From Leptolyngbyaceae cyanobacterium (GTDB taxonomy: Bacteria; Cyanobacteriota; Cyanobacteriia; Phormidesmidales; Phormidesmidaceae): DNA of 64,000 nucleotides. This document shows positions 17,746 to 28,403 of the stretch, one piece after another (within the stretch, counting starts at the first letter, position 1; each line of letters begins with the position of its first letter). A model generated the notes under the pieces. The model was not told the DNA's origin. It made no database searches and worked only from the letters and a program-made list of their open reading frames with translations. Position numbers and translations under genes: made by a program. The stretch is taken from the NCBI GenBank assembly GCA_965263355.1, contig CBDHHL010000032.1:2528001-2592000 (forward strand). Direction: 5' to 3'.

Positions 17746-20358
17746 ATGATGACTCAAATACTTTCCTCCCGGATAACGGAGGTTACTGCCTACTTATTTG
17801 CTTACCAAAGATTAGTGCTAATGGGGGGAATTTCCTCATTAGGGTTGATCTTTGGAACCGCTGATGCGATCGCACAAGTAACTCCCGATGCGGCATTACC
17901 CATAGGAGAAAATACTACTGTTAACCTTAATGGAGGAACCTATGACATTAGCGGTGGTGCAACCCGAGGTAGTAATTTATTCCACAGCTTTGACTCATTT
18001 TCCCTGGGCACGGGTGAGGAGGCTTTTTTTAATCATGCACCAACCATTGATACAGTTTTAAGTCGGGTTACAGGCGGAAGCGCGTCCAATATTGACGGTA
18101 CGATTCGCACACCGATTAACAGTATCGCCGATCTGTTTTTTATCAATCCGCAGGGAATTGTTTTTGGTCCCAATGCCGCCCTTGACATTGGTGGCTCTTT
18201 TATTGCCAGCACTGCTACCCAATTGACCTTTGCAGATGGAACAACTTTCAATACGGCTAATCCTCAAACTACGACACTCACCATCAGTCGTCCCTCGGGG
18301 TTAATTTTAGGAGAAAAATCAGGCTCCATTGAGAATCAGTCAACTGTCGAGCTTTTCCCAGGTTTTCCTGTAGGTTTGGAGGTACTTTCAGGAGAATCAA
18401 TCATACTTGTGGGGAATGGCCTTAATATGACTGGCGGTAAGCTAACCGCTTTCTCAGGTCGAATTGACATAGCTAGCCTGGCACCAGAAAGTACTGTAAG
18501 CTTGTTGCCCGCAAATGGGGTTAACCAATCAGGTTGGATGTTGGATGATGAGACGTTAGAAGGGCTAGTTTTTCAAGATATCCAACTATCTAGTTCCTCT
18601 CGTACCAATAATTTGTTTTTTAATTCCTCTCTTATTGATACATCGGGCGATTTTATAGGCAATCCAAATGGGACTCTCCGATTGTGGGGGCGGCAGATAC
18701 TGTTGAGTGGAAGTAACCTGTTAAACAATAACTATGGCATTTCTCAGGGGGGAGATCTAACCATAGTCGCATCGGAAAGTTTACGTTTAAATGATCTTTC
18801 TTTAATCTCTACGGCTACAGCTAGTGATGGAGAGGCAGGCAACCTGATATTAGATGTTCCTGAAGGGATTGTTGAACTAAGTAATGATAGTCAATTATCT
18901 GCACAGTCAGGTTTATTTATTGGTAATGGGGCTACTGGAGCAGCCGGTACATTAACCATAAATACGACAAATCTGAGTGTTAAAACGGGTTCGGTTGTGA
19001 CAACTGGAGCATTAGATGATGCCCAAGGGGGAACACTGATTATTAATGCTCCTGACGGTTTTGTAGAAATTGTTGGTGTGTCCCAAAACAATAGCGGTAT
19101 TAGTTTTAGTAGATTAGTTAGTGCTGTCAACGGTACACAACCTGCCGGAGATATTCAAATCGATACAGGCGCGTTGTTAATTCAGGATGGCGGACAAATC
19201 ATATCTAGCACCTTTGGTAGAGGCAAAGGAGGAAACACAATTATTAATACCACCGAATCGGTTACAGTTACAGGGAATGTAGGAGGTGCTCCTAGCCAAA
19301 TTTCCTCATCTACAGGTGAGTTTGAAGTATCCGATCCCAACTTAATTACTGGAGATGCGGGTTCTGTAAACATTGTGACTGGACGCTTAGTGGTGCAAGA
19401 CGGAGGGACTATTTTTACGACCACCAATGGTCCCGGTCAGGGAGGGGCGTTAACAGTAAACGCAACTGAGATAATCTTAGACGGCAATGGCAATAATTTA
19501 ACTGGCCTATTTGCTCGTACTAGAGGGGCTGGCAATTCTGGAATTTTAGAGGTTGAGGCCGATAGCCTTCAAATCCGGGACAGTGCTCGGATCACGGTGA
19601 GTACCGATGACAATCTCCTTCCCACGGAGTTAGGTACTGTCCGTGATGCTACCATTAATGCGCGCACCATTACCCTGGACAATGGTCAAATCACTGCGGA
19701 GTCTCTCACGGGTGACGGGGGTAATCTTAACTTTATGGTGGACGACTATATTCTGCTACGCAACAACGGTCTAATTTCTGCCACGGCGGGCACGGCAGGG
19801 GCTGGAGGGGCGGGGGGCAATATCATTATTGATGCTGATTCAGGTATTGTTGTGGCGATCCCAGAAGAAGATAGCGATATCAGAGCCAATGCCTTTGAAG
19901 GACGAGGGGGAAATGTCATTATTACCGCTCAAGGTGTGTTGGGTCTAGAACGCCGAGAAGCGCCCACTCCCCTAAGTGACATTACAGCCAGTTCCGAATC
20001 AGGCATCAATGGCACGGTTGAGGTGAATACTCTGGCATTTATTCCCTCACCAGAACGGATTGTTTTGCCGTCAGACGTTATTGATTCTTCTCAATTGTTG
20101 GCTCAGGGGTGTGATCAATTGAGTGCTGGCTCAACCAGTCAGGGAGAGTTTTATATTTCGGGACGGGGGGGTGTGAGTCCGTTAACCTCTGGGATATTAG
20201 GCAGTGATGAGGTGATCGATGATCTACGCTTGCCTGAGACTTGGGACGGTTCTAGTTCGCTTACAGAGGCCCAGGGATGGTACAGAAGTGATGTGGATGA
20301 GATAGTGCTAACAGCTGTTCCGCTGCCTGAGGTGACTCGTAGTCGATGCCGCTCTTAG
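17746..20358 (+). CDS. filamentous haemagglutinin N-terminal (TPS) domain exoprotein, TpsA-like
   Basis: AQVTPD, NLFHSF, SRVTGG.AS.IDG, NPQGIVFG, beta-helix repeats, GRGG and EAQGW tail. Confidence 0.93.
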   Translation: MMTQILSSRITEVTAYLFAYQRLVLMGGISSLGLIFGTADAIAQVTPDAALPIGENTTVNLNGGTYDISGGATRGSNLFHSFDSFSLGTGEEAFFNHAPTIDTVLSRVTGGSASNIDGTIRTPINSIADLFFINPQGIVFGPNAALDIGGSFIASTATQLTFADGTTFNTANPQTTTLTISRPSGLILGEKSGSIENQSTVELFPGFPVGLEVLSGESIILVGNGLNMTGGKLTAFSGRIDIASLAPESTVSLLPANGVNQSGWMLDDETLEGLVFQDIQLSSSSRTNNLFFNSSLIDTSGDFIGNPNGTLRLWGRQILLSGSNLLNNNYGISQGGDLTIVASESLRLNDLSLISTATASDGEAGNLILDVPEGIVELSNDSQLSAQSGLFIGNGATGAAGTLTINTTNLSVKTGSVVTTGALDDAQGGTLIINAPDGFVEIVGVSQNNSGISFSRLVSAVNGTQPAGDIQIDTGALLIQDGGQIISSTFGRGKGGNTIINTTESVTVTGNVGGAPSQISSSTGEFEVSDPNLITGDAGSVNIVTGRLVVQDGGTIFTTTNGPGQGGALTVNATEIILDGNGNNLTGLFARTRGAGNSGILEVEADSLQIRDSARITVSTDDNLLPTELGTVRDATINARTITLDNGQITAESLTGDGGNLNFMVDDYILLRNNGLISATAGTAGAGGAGGNIIIDADSGIVVAIPEEDSDIRANAFEGRGGNVIITAQGVLGLERREAPTPLSDITASSESGINGTVEVNTLAFIPSPERIVLPSDVIDSSQLLAQGCDQLSAGSTSQGEFYISGRGGVSPLTSGILGSDEVIDDLRLPETWDGSSSLTEAQGWYRSDVDEIVLTAVPLPEVTRSRCRS

Positions 20359-20394
20359 GCGAGACCATAGGACAGTTTTGACGGGTATTTTAAT

Positions 20395-23022
20395 TTAGGA
20401 CCAATTGCCAATTAACATATAATTTGCCCAGACATAGGGGGTGGTATATCCATAGTCATTAATCAGAGACAACTGTGCCAGACGTACAGCTTCAGCAATG
20501 GGGGTATCTGGCTGGGAGAGGGCTTGATAAAAACGAATCATAAACTCTGTGTTGGGGGTATCTTGCGCTGTCCACAGGGTAGATAAAACGCTGCGGGTGC
20601 CTGTTCTGGCGGCTAGGCCAGCTAATCCTAAAACCGCTCGTTTATCACCTTGGGCTGTCTCACAGGCACTGAGTACCACTAACTCTAAGGGGTGTACGCC
20701 ACCTTGACTGCCTAACTGGATCAAACCATTCAAGTCCTGAGCTGAAATCTGTTCTTGGTAGGCGACTAAATAGGTTTCATCAGGGTCAGAGCTAAAGACG
20801 CCATGGGTTTTCCAATGAATGGCTGAAAAATCACCTGTTTCTAGCTGGGCTCGCAGATTGTCGCTGGTAAATGATTCGTTGAGCAGCACATTCTTACTGT
20901 CTACGTATTGGGCAATGCCATCTAGTTCTTCTTCTAGCTTAGCAATTGGGGAAAATCGGGTTGCTTTAATTTCTTGTGGTAGGCCAATGCCGCCCATCAA
21001 TACTTGCAACGATGGGGTGTCCGGCTGAGGAGTAAATAGTTGTAAGCGGGGGGCGATCGCAACCCCATATCCCTTTTCAATCAAATACTGCTCTCCATCA
21101 TGGAGCACCGCCATGGGAATATTTCGCAATGCCCCATCTGGAACAAATACCAATGTCTTAGCTGGGGTTTGAGCTAGTTCCTTTTCTAACGGACGAATCA
21201 ACCAGTCATAAACGGTTTGGGCATCTGCTATAACATCGGGTGTTTTACTGGGGTTAGTCAGACTGGATTGCAGTCTGGCCAGTGTCTTGTCCGCTATATC
21301 TTGAGGGATAAGAGATTCTCGGTATACGGTTGTCTCTGTGGCTCCGGGCAACTGAGCGATGACCGCGATGCGATCGCTTAAAATGATGGGATAAAGGATA
21401 GCAGTTTGGTCATCTTGCACCTGTTCTACTTGACTGGCATCCAGAGTACAGCCCAGATAGTTTTCTAATTCTGCCAGCTGTAGCTGATCAACAGTCTGAA
21501 TCGCCTTTTTTAACCCATTGGCATCCTGCTTCTGTTCTGACAGTAACAGCTTAATATACTGACGATAAACGGGCTCTACATTATCCCGAAAAGAAAACTG
21601 AACATCAGTATTGACGCTCAATAAGTTATTGCGCACCTGTTGTAAGCTCTCAATAGCTGCTTGATAGCTCTGAATTGCCCCCAGACGATCGTTCTGGTGT
21701 TGTCGAAGTCTGCCGAGTTGCCATTCCCAGCGATAGCGAATTTCAGGGGCTTGTATGGTTTCTAAGCTTAACAACGCCCGCTGAGTCAAAATCTGGGCAT
21801 CTGTCCATTGATTAGTCTGTTCATAGAGTGTGCCTAACTGTCCCAGGGCGTATGCTTCAGCCCGTTTATCCTTGAGGGTACGAGCCTGAGCAATCGCTGT
21901 TGATAACAGGTTGGCAATTTCTTCAGGCTGTAAGGCTATCGAGCTATTGTTTGTTTTCTCGGCGAGGGTTAATTCTGTCGATGATGACCGTGCTTTCATC
22001 AAACTCTCAGCCAGATGAATATAGCCATAGATAACCGTGCGACTGATGGGCAGTTGCGCAATCGCCTGCTTTACCTGGGGCAATGTTTCCATTGCTTGGG
22101 TGATCCGATTATGCTCAACCCGCAGTCGAAATAGATTTAACTGAGCCAGGGGCGCATTATTGATGTCAATGGCGCGTTGGTAAGCTGTCTGAGCTGATTG
22201 GATATACTGCTGAGTCTTGGCTTGACGACCAATGGCATCGAAGCGATTAGCCATGGCCCAGGCTGTATTGCCCAGTTCTAATAGGATATTGCTAGCTGTT
22301 TTGGGGTGGGTGGTGAGGGATAAACTCTCCTGGAGTACACGTTGAGCAGTTTCTAAGTCTCCGATTTGTCGTAGGGCACTACTTAAGCTGTATAACCCTG
22401 TTGCCTTGAGGTCATCATCGGGCTGTTGCTGAATGTGTTGATAGACAGCTTGCAAAACAGCTTTTGCTTGATGATTGAGCCCCAGATATTGTAACACTCG
22501 GGCTTGGTTGATGTTTGCGATCGCTACCCCCGCCAAATCGCCCGCTTGTCCGTAGAATTGTCCGGCTCTTTGCCAATCGCTCAGGGCTGCCTCAAAGTCA
22601 CTCTGCAGCCACCGGAGTTTGCCTTGGGCATTTAGCACCTTGGCATAAATCACAGTCTGGGTCGATGAATAGGTTGTAGAGTCGACTGCTTCAACTAACT
22701 GCAAGCTAGCTGTTAGACTTTGGCTTGCCTGATCAAGTTGCCCCAGTTCCTGTTGAGCTAATGACAGATAGCTTAAACTCAATGCCTGGCCCCAGTTATC
22801 CCCTTGACGCTCAAATTCTAGACTTGCCCGTCGCCATTGCTGAACAGCCTTCGAATATTGCTCAGTTTCGTAATAGCCTAAGCCCTGTTGCAGTAAACCC
22901 TGATGTGTTTCAGCTGCCAAAACTGTTAACGGGCTTATATCCCTAGAGGAAATATCAATGATTGTCGGCATTAATACAGTGAGTATAAAACTCATCAGCC
23001 CGATCAGTAACCATCGCAACAT
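20395..23022 (-). CDS. exported TPR-CHAT protease
   Basis: Signal-like N-terminus, TPRs, FVPDG.L, catalytic HWKTHG and LSACET, W..Y.LIGNW. Confidence 0.93.
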   Translation of the reverse strand: MLRWLLIGLMSFILTVLMPTIIDISSRDISPLTVLAAETHQGLLQQGLGYYETEQYSKAVQQWRRASLEFERQGDNWGQALSLSYLSLAQQELGQLDQASQSLTASLQLVEAVDSTTYSSTQTVIYAKVLNAQGKLRWLQSDFEAALSDWQRAGQFYGQAGDLAGVAIANINQARVLQYLGLNHQAKAVLQAVYQHIQQQPDDDLKATGLYSLSSALRQIGDLETAQRVLQESLSLTTHPKTASNILLELGNTAWAMANRFDAIGRQAKTQQYIQSAQTAYQRAIDINNAPLAQLNLFRLRVEHNRITQAMETLPQVKQAIAQLPISRTVIYGYIHLAESLMKARSSSTELTLAEKTNNSSIALQPEEIANLLSTAIAQARTLKDKRAEAYALGQLGTLYEQTNQWTDAQILTQRALLSLETIQAPEIRYRWEWQLGRLRQHQNDRLGAIQSYQAAIESLQQVRNNLLSVNTDVQFSFRDNVEPVYRQYIKLLLSEQKQDANGLKKAIQTVDQLQLAELENYLGCTLDASQVEQVQDDQTAILYPIILSDRIAVIAQLPGATETTVYRESLIPQDIADKTLARLQSSLTNPSKTPDVIADAQTVYDWLIRPLEKELAQTPAKTLVFVPDGALRNIPMAVLHDGEQYLIEKGYGVAIAPRLQLFTPQPDTPSLQVLMGGIGLPQEIKATRFSPIAKLEEELDGIAQYVDSKNVLLNESFTSDNLRAQLETGDFSAIHWKTHGVFSSDPDETYLVAYQEQISAQDLNGLIQLGSQGGVHPLELVVLSACETAQGDKRAVLGLAGLAARTGTRSVLSTLWTAQDTPNTEFMIRFYQALSQPDTPIAEAVRLAQLSLINDYGYTTPYVWANYMLIGNWS

Positions 23023-23034
23023 TGCTCTATTTCC

Positions 23035-26000
23035 TTACTCGTTCTGTCCACATCGTTCTTGTATGGCTACAGGTGAAGTCGTTAAAACAGCATCGCCTGT
23101 AGCACTCATAAACCAGCCTTGAGCCTCAGTTATAGGTCCATTGTCAGACCATGTTTCTGGTAGTCGTAGATCATCCACAATATCCTGAGGGTTGAGGATC
23201 TCCAGTAAAGCAACTCCCCCTCGACCCGATGTGTAAAAGGCACCTTGTGATCCAACTGTAGTTAGATCACATCCCTGGATGATTAGCTGCGAAGCGTTCA
23301 GTAAACCATCCGGTAACATCACTAACCCCTGGGCAGGATCGACACCCAGATTGTTAATCTCAACCGTACCACTCAGACCAAACTCCGAGCTGGCTGTAAT
23401 GTCACTTAAAGGAGTGAGTTTTGGCCTAGCTTCAATCCCTAAAGTACTTTGGGCATTGATATTTACATTGCCACCGCGTCCTTGAAATGCGTTTGCCGTA
23501 ATATCGCTGTTTTCTTCAGAAACAGCAACCACAAAACCTAATTCAGCAGCAATATTAATGTTTCCTCCATCTCCTAAACCCTGCTCTATGCCAGCATTAG
23601 TTGAAATTAAACTTCCTCTTCGTAAGAGTAATGCATCTTGGAGCTGTAGGAAAATGCTGCCTCCTCTGTTGCTAAATGTCTCGGCAGAAATAGACGCATT
23701 GTCAGCTAACGTCAGAAGATCTGTTTCCAACTCTATAATGCCACCAACACCACTTCCCCGACTATCAACTGCAATTGATGCACCATCACTAACCGTGATA
23801 ATTTTGGGATTAATGAGTGAATTGATAGAAATATTACCTCCATCGCCCCCTGCACCTCTCTCAGTATTGGCAAACAGTCCACTTTGTGCACCTGTTAGAC
23901 TGATCGAATCAGTGATATCCAGCGTTATATCTCCAGCATCTTCTGCCCCGGAAGTTGTAGTGCGAATTTGAGCACCGCCATTAACGGTAAGTGTATCAGC
24001 TAAAATTAGAACGGTTCCACCCATTCCATCGACAGTAGATGCGGAAATGCTAGCTCCATCTTGAACTGACAAATTAGGAGTAACGATTTTTGTGTTACCG
24101 GCATCGCCTGTTGCCTGTGCTTCAGTAAATAAGCCGCTAGAAGCACCTAACCCATCCAAAACAACTCCTGTTAGTAAAATTGACTCTGTTGCTTCTACGG
24201 TTAAATTTCCCCCACGGCCTGCCCCAAGGGTGGCAGACGAAATTTGTCCCCCCCTTTCTACGATTAGACGTTTAGTTGATATCTGGGTATTTCCGGCGTC
24301 TCCAGAGCCATTGGTCTGGGAAGACAGAACAGTACCAAACTGTCCAGAAGTGCCAGTCACCTGTATTAGGTCCGAGGCATTGATTGTTAATCTTCCTCCT
24401 GTTCCTTCATTCAAGGTTGCCGATGAAATCTGGCTGCCGTCCTGCATAATTAAGTGGCTTGTGTTGATTTCTAAGTCTCCAGCAGGGCCTGAGCCATCAG
24501 CTTGGGTTAAGATTCGACTACCTTGCTGAGTAATGGGAGAACTTCCTGAAAGTTGTAGTAAATTATCCACATTAATTGTTAACTTTCCACCTGCTCCTGA
24601 TGCAAGACTACCAGCACTGCCAGCCTGTACTTGAGCACCATTTTGGACCAAAAACATAGGCGTATTTATTTCGAGATCGCCTGCATTTCCTGCCCCTTCA
24701 GTTCGGGAAAATAAACCACTTCTACGCAGTTCATCTGTCGATGTACCAGTAAGCTGAATGGATTTTGATGCTGTGACAGTCAGTCTGCCAGCATTTCCTG
24801 GGCCAAAACTACCAGAACCAGCTTGTGCACCATTATTTATTAATAGACTAGGTGTGACAATAGACAGATCACCTGCTGCCCCGCTTCCTTGAGTAGAACT
24901 AAACAACCCGCTTGAGAAACGAGTATCGCTGCCTGTGCCGCTGAGTTGAACAGACTCTGAGGCATTGATATTTAAGGGACCACCTGTCCCCCCATCAAAG
25001 CCCGCAGATGAGATAAATCCGCCTGCTTGAACGAGTAATTCTCCAGTGGTAATGCTAATGCTGCCAGCTGTTCCAGTGCTACTGTCTGCTATACTAAGCA
25101 AGCCGCTGCCAAATCCCCCCAAGGATTCTCCGACAATTTGCACTGAGTCGGAGGCCTCTATGAGTAGTTCTCCCCCGGAACCTTCACCAAATGTTGCTGT
25201 TGAAATCTGTCCTCCATCCTGAATAATCACGTCTGGTGCAACAATCACTAGGTTTCCTGAATTTCCAGAGCCAAATGTTTGCGAAAAAACTCCACTTCCA
25301 AATAGTCCACTGGGGGTAGTACCAGTCAACCGAAAAGACTCGGAGGCTGTTATTATTACATTTTCACCAGGCGTTGGGCCAAAATTGAGCGCTTGAATCA
25401 GGGAGCCGTCCTGCATTTGAATGGATTGCCCCCACATTTTCACCGCTCCGCTGCGAAACCCATAGGTATTTAGGATAGCCCCTTCTTCAAGGGAGATATT
25501 AGCAGGCGATATACTGTCAGGAACATTTAAATTTAGGCGCTCATTATTACTAATAAGATCGACATTTCCAGCTCCGGAAATGCTAACTAAATCTATCTGC
25601 CCTTCCAGGGCATTGAGTCTTCCCCCAATGAGAGAAATATCTCTACCCAACAATAATAAACTTTCTCCATCTGGAACTCTGAGTCCTGATAGGGCCGCTC
25701 CAAAAGGATCAAATCCAGCCGGCGCAATAGACTGACTATCTATTGCGCCGTTAGACGCACTAGTAAAGAAAAACGCGGTAGGATCAATAGAAAGCAATGA
25801 CGATGACTGAGGTTCAGATGCACTAAATACGGCTTGATCACCGAATCGGATTGCATTAGCTGTGCTAGCAATAAATGAACCGCCAATGTCGAGTTGAGCG
25901 TTGGGACCAAAGATAATACCGTTGGGGTTAAGAAGAAAGAAATCGGCAGTGCCATTGGCTCGAATAAATCCATCGATATCGGAAATAGAATCGCCTGTCA

Positions 26001-26307
26001 CACGACTAAAAATAGTCTCAACTGGGTCTGGGTTGTTGAAAATAGCTTCACCGCCTGTCGGCACTGAAAATTCTGTGAAGCTATGGAATAAGTTATTGCC
26101 TTGTTGGGTGCCGCCTTCAATAGTACAAACAGTACAGCCAGCTTGGGTATCAGAGGGACTTGGCAACGTATTGTCTGGGATAATTTGGCCCAGGGCAGGA
26201 GGGGTTAACTGACAAATCAACATTGGTGAGATTGCAAGGTTCCCACCAACAATGGCACCGATCACAAATCGACCTGTTTGTTCAATACCTTGACCGACTT
26301 TTTTCAT
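23035..26307 (-). CDS. filamentous haemagglutinin N-terminal (TPS) domain exoprotein, TpsA-like
   Basis: QIIPD, NLFHSF, SRVTG, NPNGIIFG, many beta-helix repeats, GRGG and EAQGW tail; 12 bp upstream of the CHAT gene. Confidence 0.93.
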   Translation of the reverse strand: MKKVGQGIEQTGRFVIGAIVGGNLAISPMLICQLTPPALGQIIPDNTLPSPSDTQAGCTVCTIEGGTQQGNNLFHSFTEFSVPTGGEAIFNNPDPVETIFSRVTGDSISDIDGFIRANGTADFFLLNPNGIIFGPNAQLDIGGSFIASTANAIRFGDQAVFSASEPQSSSLLSIDPTAFFFTSASNGAIDSQSIAPAGFDPFGAALSGLRVPDGESLLLLGRDISLIGGRLNALEGQIDLVSISGAGNVDLISNNERLNLNVPDSISPANISLEEGAILNTYGFRSGAVKMWGQSIQMQDGSLIQALNFGPTPGENVIITASESFRLTGTTPSGLFGSGVFSQTFGSGNSGNLVIVAPDVIIQDGGQISTATFGEGSGGELLIEASDSVQIVGESLGGFGSGLLSIADSSTGTAGSISITTGELLVQAGGFISSAGFDGGTGGPLNINASESVQLSGTGSDTRFSSGLFSSTQGSGAAGDLSIVTPSLLINNGAQAGSGSFGPGNAGRLTVTASKSIQLTGTSTDELRRSGLFSRTEGAGNAGDLEINTPMFLVQNGAQVQAGSAGSLASGAGGKLTINVDNLLQLSGSSPITQQGSRILTQADGSGPAGDLEINTSHLIMQDGSQISSATLNEGTGGRLTINASDLIQVTGTSGQFGTVLSSQTNGSGDAGNTQISTKRLIVERGGQISSATLGAGRGGNLTVEATESILLTGVVLDGLGASSGLFTEAQATGDAGNTKIVTPNLSVQDGASISASTVDGMGGTVLILADTLTVNGGAQIRTTTSGAEDAGDITLDITDSISLTGAQSGLFANTERGAGGDGGNISINSLINPKIITVSDGASIAVDSRGSGVGGIIELETDLLTLADNASISAETFSNRGGSIFLQLQDALLLRRGSLISTNAGIEQGLGDGGNINIAAELGFVVAVSEENSDITANAFQGRGGNVNINAQSTLGIEARPKLTPLSDITASSEFGLSGTVEINNLGVDPAQGLVMLPDGLLNASQLIIQGCDLTTVGSQGAFYTSGRGGVALLEILNPQDIVDDLRLPETWSDNGPITEAQGWFMSATGDAVLTTSPVAIQERCGQNE

Positions 26308-26455
26308 ACTATCCCTGATTTGTCAATAAAGTGCGTTTAATAGCTATCTACCTATCTATAGGATTTGCTAATTTGCATAGTTTTTAGGGTAGCAAATCCT
26401 GGCTGGCAGCCATTGTTGTTAGAGATACTACGATGTAGGCTTTAAAGCTTAGAAA

Positions 26456-26495
26456 AGGGTATTTCCAGTAATAAAGCAATTACTAGAAATACCCT
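26456..26495 (-). terminator. hairpin terminator after the RTX gene
   Basis: AGGGTATTTCCAGTAAT / ATTACTAGAAATACCCT inverted repeat with T-run on the minus strand. Confidence 0.6.
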
Positions 26496-26534
26496 GATGA
26501 ACTGACTGGGAGTTCAACTCTGGTGCAGTGAATA

Positions 26535-27854
26535 CTAGCTCACTGCAATATCAGTATGGGATAGGGTAGGTGACCCTGACAAAATTGCCACCTGTACTTG
26601 CTGTTGACCACCCACTCCATCTGCATCAAAGAATAAGGCACCTGAGGTATTATCGTAAATCAGACGATGGTCAGCTGTCGAAGCACTAGACCCCAGGGTA
26701 AATTCATTGGCACGCAGTGTTCCCCGAGATATGCCGAAACCCGTGGCATAGAGTAAAATCTTATCGCCAGCCTGGGCATCAAAGTCTTGAAAGGTGTCGA
26801 TACCACTGAGGGGGCTAGTTAACGTGAAGTTATCGCCATCAGCTCCCCCGATCAAAGTATCGTTACCGGCATGACCTACTAAACTGTCAGTACCTACTCC
26901 TCCCATCAACGTATCATCACCATCATAACCTTTAATAACGTCGTTTCCATCATGTCCTTCTATATAGTTATCAACTGAATTACCGTAAATTCTGTTACTT
27001 AGATTATTGCCAATGCCTTTTTGGGCAGTATCTCGCAGCTGTAGAAACTCAACATGGGCCGACATCTGATGGTCTACATGGGCAACGACCGTATCATATC
27101 CCTCATTCGCTAGTTCAATAACTTGGTCATTTACACTGTCAACAACATAGGTGTCGTCCCCTTTGCCACCCACCATGTAATCATTACCAGTGCCACCATT
27201 TAAACCATCGGCACCCTCACCTCCAATAAGAGTATCGTTACCGCCGTACCCTAACAGAGCATCATTACCGTCTCCGCCAGACAGGTCATTTTGGTTGTTA
27301 TTGCCAATGATACGATTGTTTAGATCATTGCCAGTCCCATTCTTTGCTGCATCTCGAAGTTGTAGATCCTCAACATGGGAGGGGAGAATATAGTCGATAT
27401 AAGAAACTACAGTATCTTTTCCCGCATTTGCCGATTCAATAACCCGATCGCCCACATGGTCAACATAATAGGTATCGTCGCCCTGACCTCCTCCCATTGC
27501 ATCCTGGCCAGTCCCTCCATTTAGGTGGTCGTTACCTGCGCCCCCATAAAGATTATCATTATCTTCTCCTCCGGACAGGATATCATCGCCATCTTCACCC
27601 CATAGGCGATCACGTCCCTTACCACCATACAGAGTATCATTGTCATCACCGCCCCAAAGCTGATCAGTACCATCAAGACCATATAAGAGATCGTTGCCAT
27701 CTCCCCCATATAGTTCATCACCTAAAATACTTTTTGATCCCCCAGTTAACGTATCGTTACCACCAAGGCCATAAATAAGATACTTTTGCACTGGTGCTAG
27801 GTCAGGGGCTTTAAGATCATCATCATTGGGGGTACCAGGGATGGTAATAGTCAT
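26535..27854 (-). CDS. RTX/haemolysin-type calcium-binding repeat protein
   Basis: Many GGxGxDxLxG nonapeptides, no signal peptide, cyanobacterial C-terminal LFFDADG.G module. Confidence 0.9.
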   Translation of the reverse strand: MTITIPGTPNDDDLKAPDLAPVQKYLIYGLGGNDTLTGGSKSILGDELYGGDGNDLLYGLDGTDQLWGGDDNDTLYGGKGRDRLWGEDGDDILSGGEDNDNLYGGAGNDHLNGGTGQDAMGGGQGDDTYYVDHVGDRVIESANAGKDTVVSYIDYILPSHVEDLQLRDAAKNGTGNDLNNRIIGNNNQNDLSGGDGNDALLGYGGNDTLIGGEGADGLNGGTGNDYMVGGKGDDTYVVDSVNDQVIELANEGYDTVVAHVDHQMSAHVEFLQLRDTAQKGIGNNLSNRIYGNSVDNYIEGHDGNDVIKGYDGDDTLMGGVGTDSLVGHAGNDTLIGGADGDNFTLTSPLSGIDTFQDFDAQAGDKILLYATGFGISRGTLRANEFTLGSSASTADHRLIYDNTSGALFFDADGVGGQQQVQVAILSGSPTLSHTDIAVS

Positions 27855-27931
27855 GGTTAATTCTCCAGGTATCGATTTCAGAGCGATATTTACAGCTTGC
27901 TGAGAGTTTGTTTACTGTAAACAGTTGAAGG

Positions 27932-27960
27932 GTCTCAAAAAAATCAGTAGGTAAATCTGC
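27932..27960 (-). promoter_or_regulatory. conserved bipartite motif GCAGAT-N17-TGAGAC
   Basis: Minus strand reads TTGCAGATTTACCTACTGATTTTTTTGAGAC, about 78 nt upstream of the RTX ATG. Confidence 0.7.
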
Positions 27961-28350
27961 AAGGGTATAAATCTTGTTACAAATGTCTGTTGTTGTCTAG
28001 GGTAAAAGACATCTGCAACTATGGCATCGTGCCTATAATGAAAGGCTTTTCTATGAGACAAAATAGCTATTGTCGAAACCATAAATTTGATTTTTAACAG
28101 ACCCTAAGTTAGCTTTCTTATAAGTTAAATCGCCTTTGAAAAAAAGCAACTTTTTTAGCCGCTCACAGTTTTGTGCAACAAAGTTTGCCTCGTCTGCTAA
28201 TAACTGTTTTGTATTACTCAGCAGATCTGCCAAATGGTTAAAGGGATAAATCTGCACATAGTGAGGAGAGAGACAATGACTTGGACGGCCCATGGGAATA
28301 GAAATTGACCATGATAGAATCTCATCATAATCAAATTCTCACAAATTGCG

Positions 28351-28375
28351 TGGTTCCCCTTTGTCAGGGGAACCA
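28351..28375 (-). terminator. hairpin after the repeat-protein gene
   Basis: TGGTTCCCCT-ttgtc-AGGGGAACCA perfect stem just downstream of the stop at 28404. Confidence 0.5.
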
Positions 28376-28403
28376 TCAGGGATAAGAACATTTATGCTCC
28401 TAT

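Noticed and set aside
23279..26212. Antisense Pro-rich ORFs inside TpsA genes (also within the RTX, glgB and GT2 genes)
   Set aside because: Shadow frames of Gly-rich or codon-biased coding sequence.
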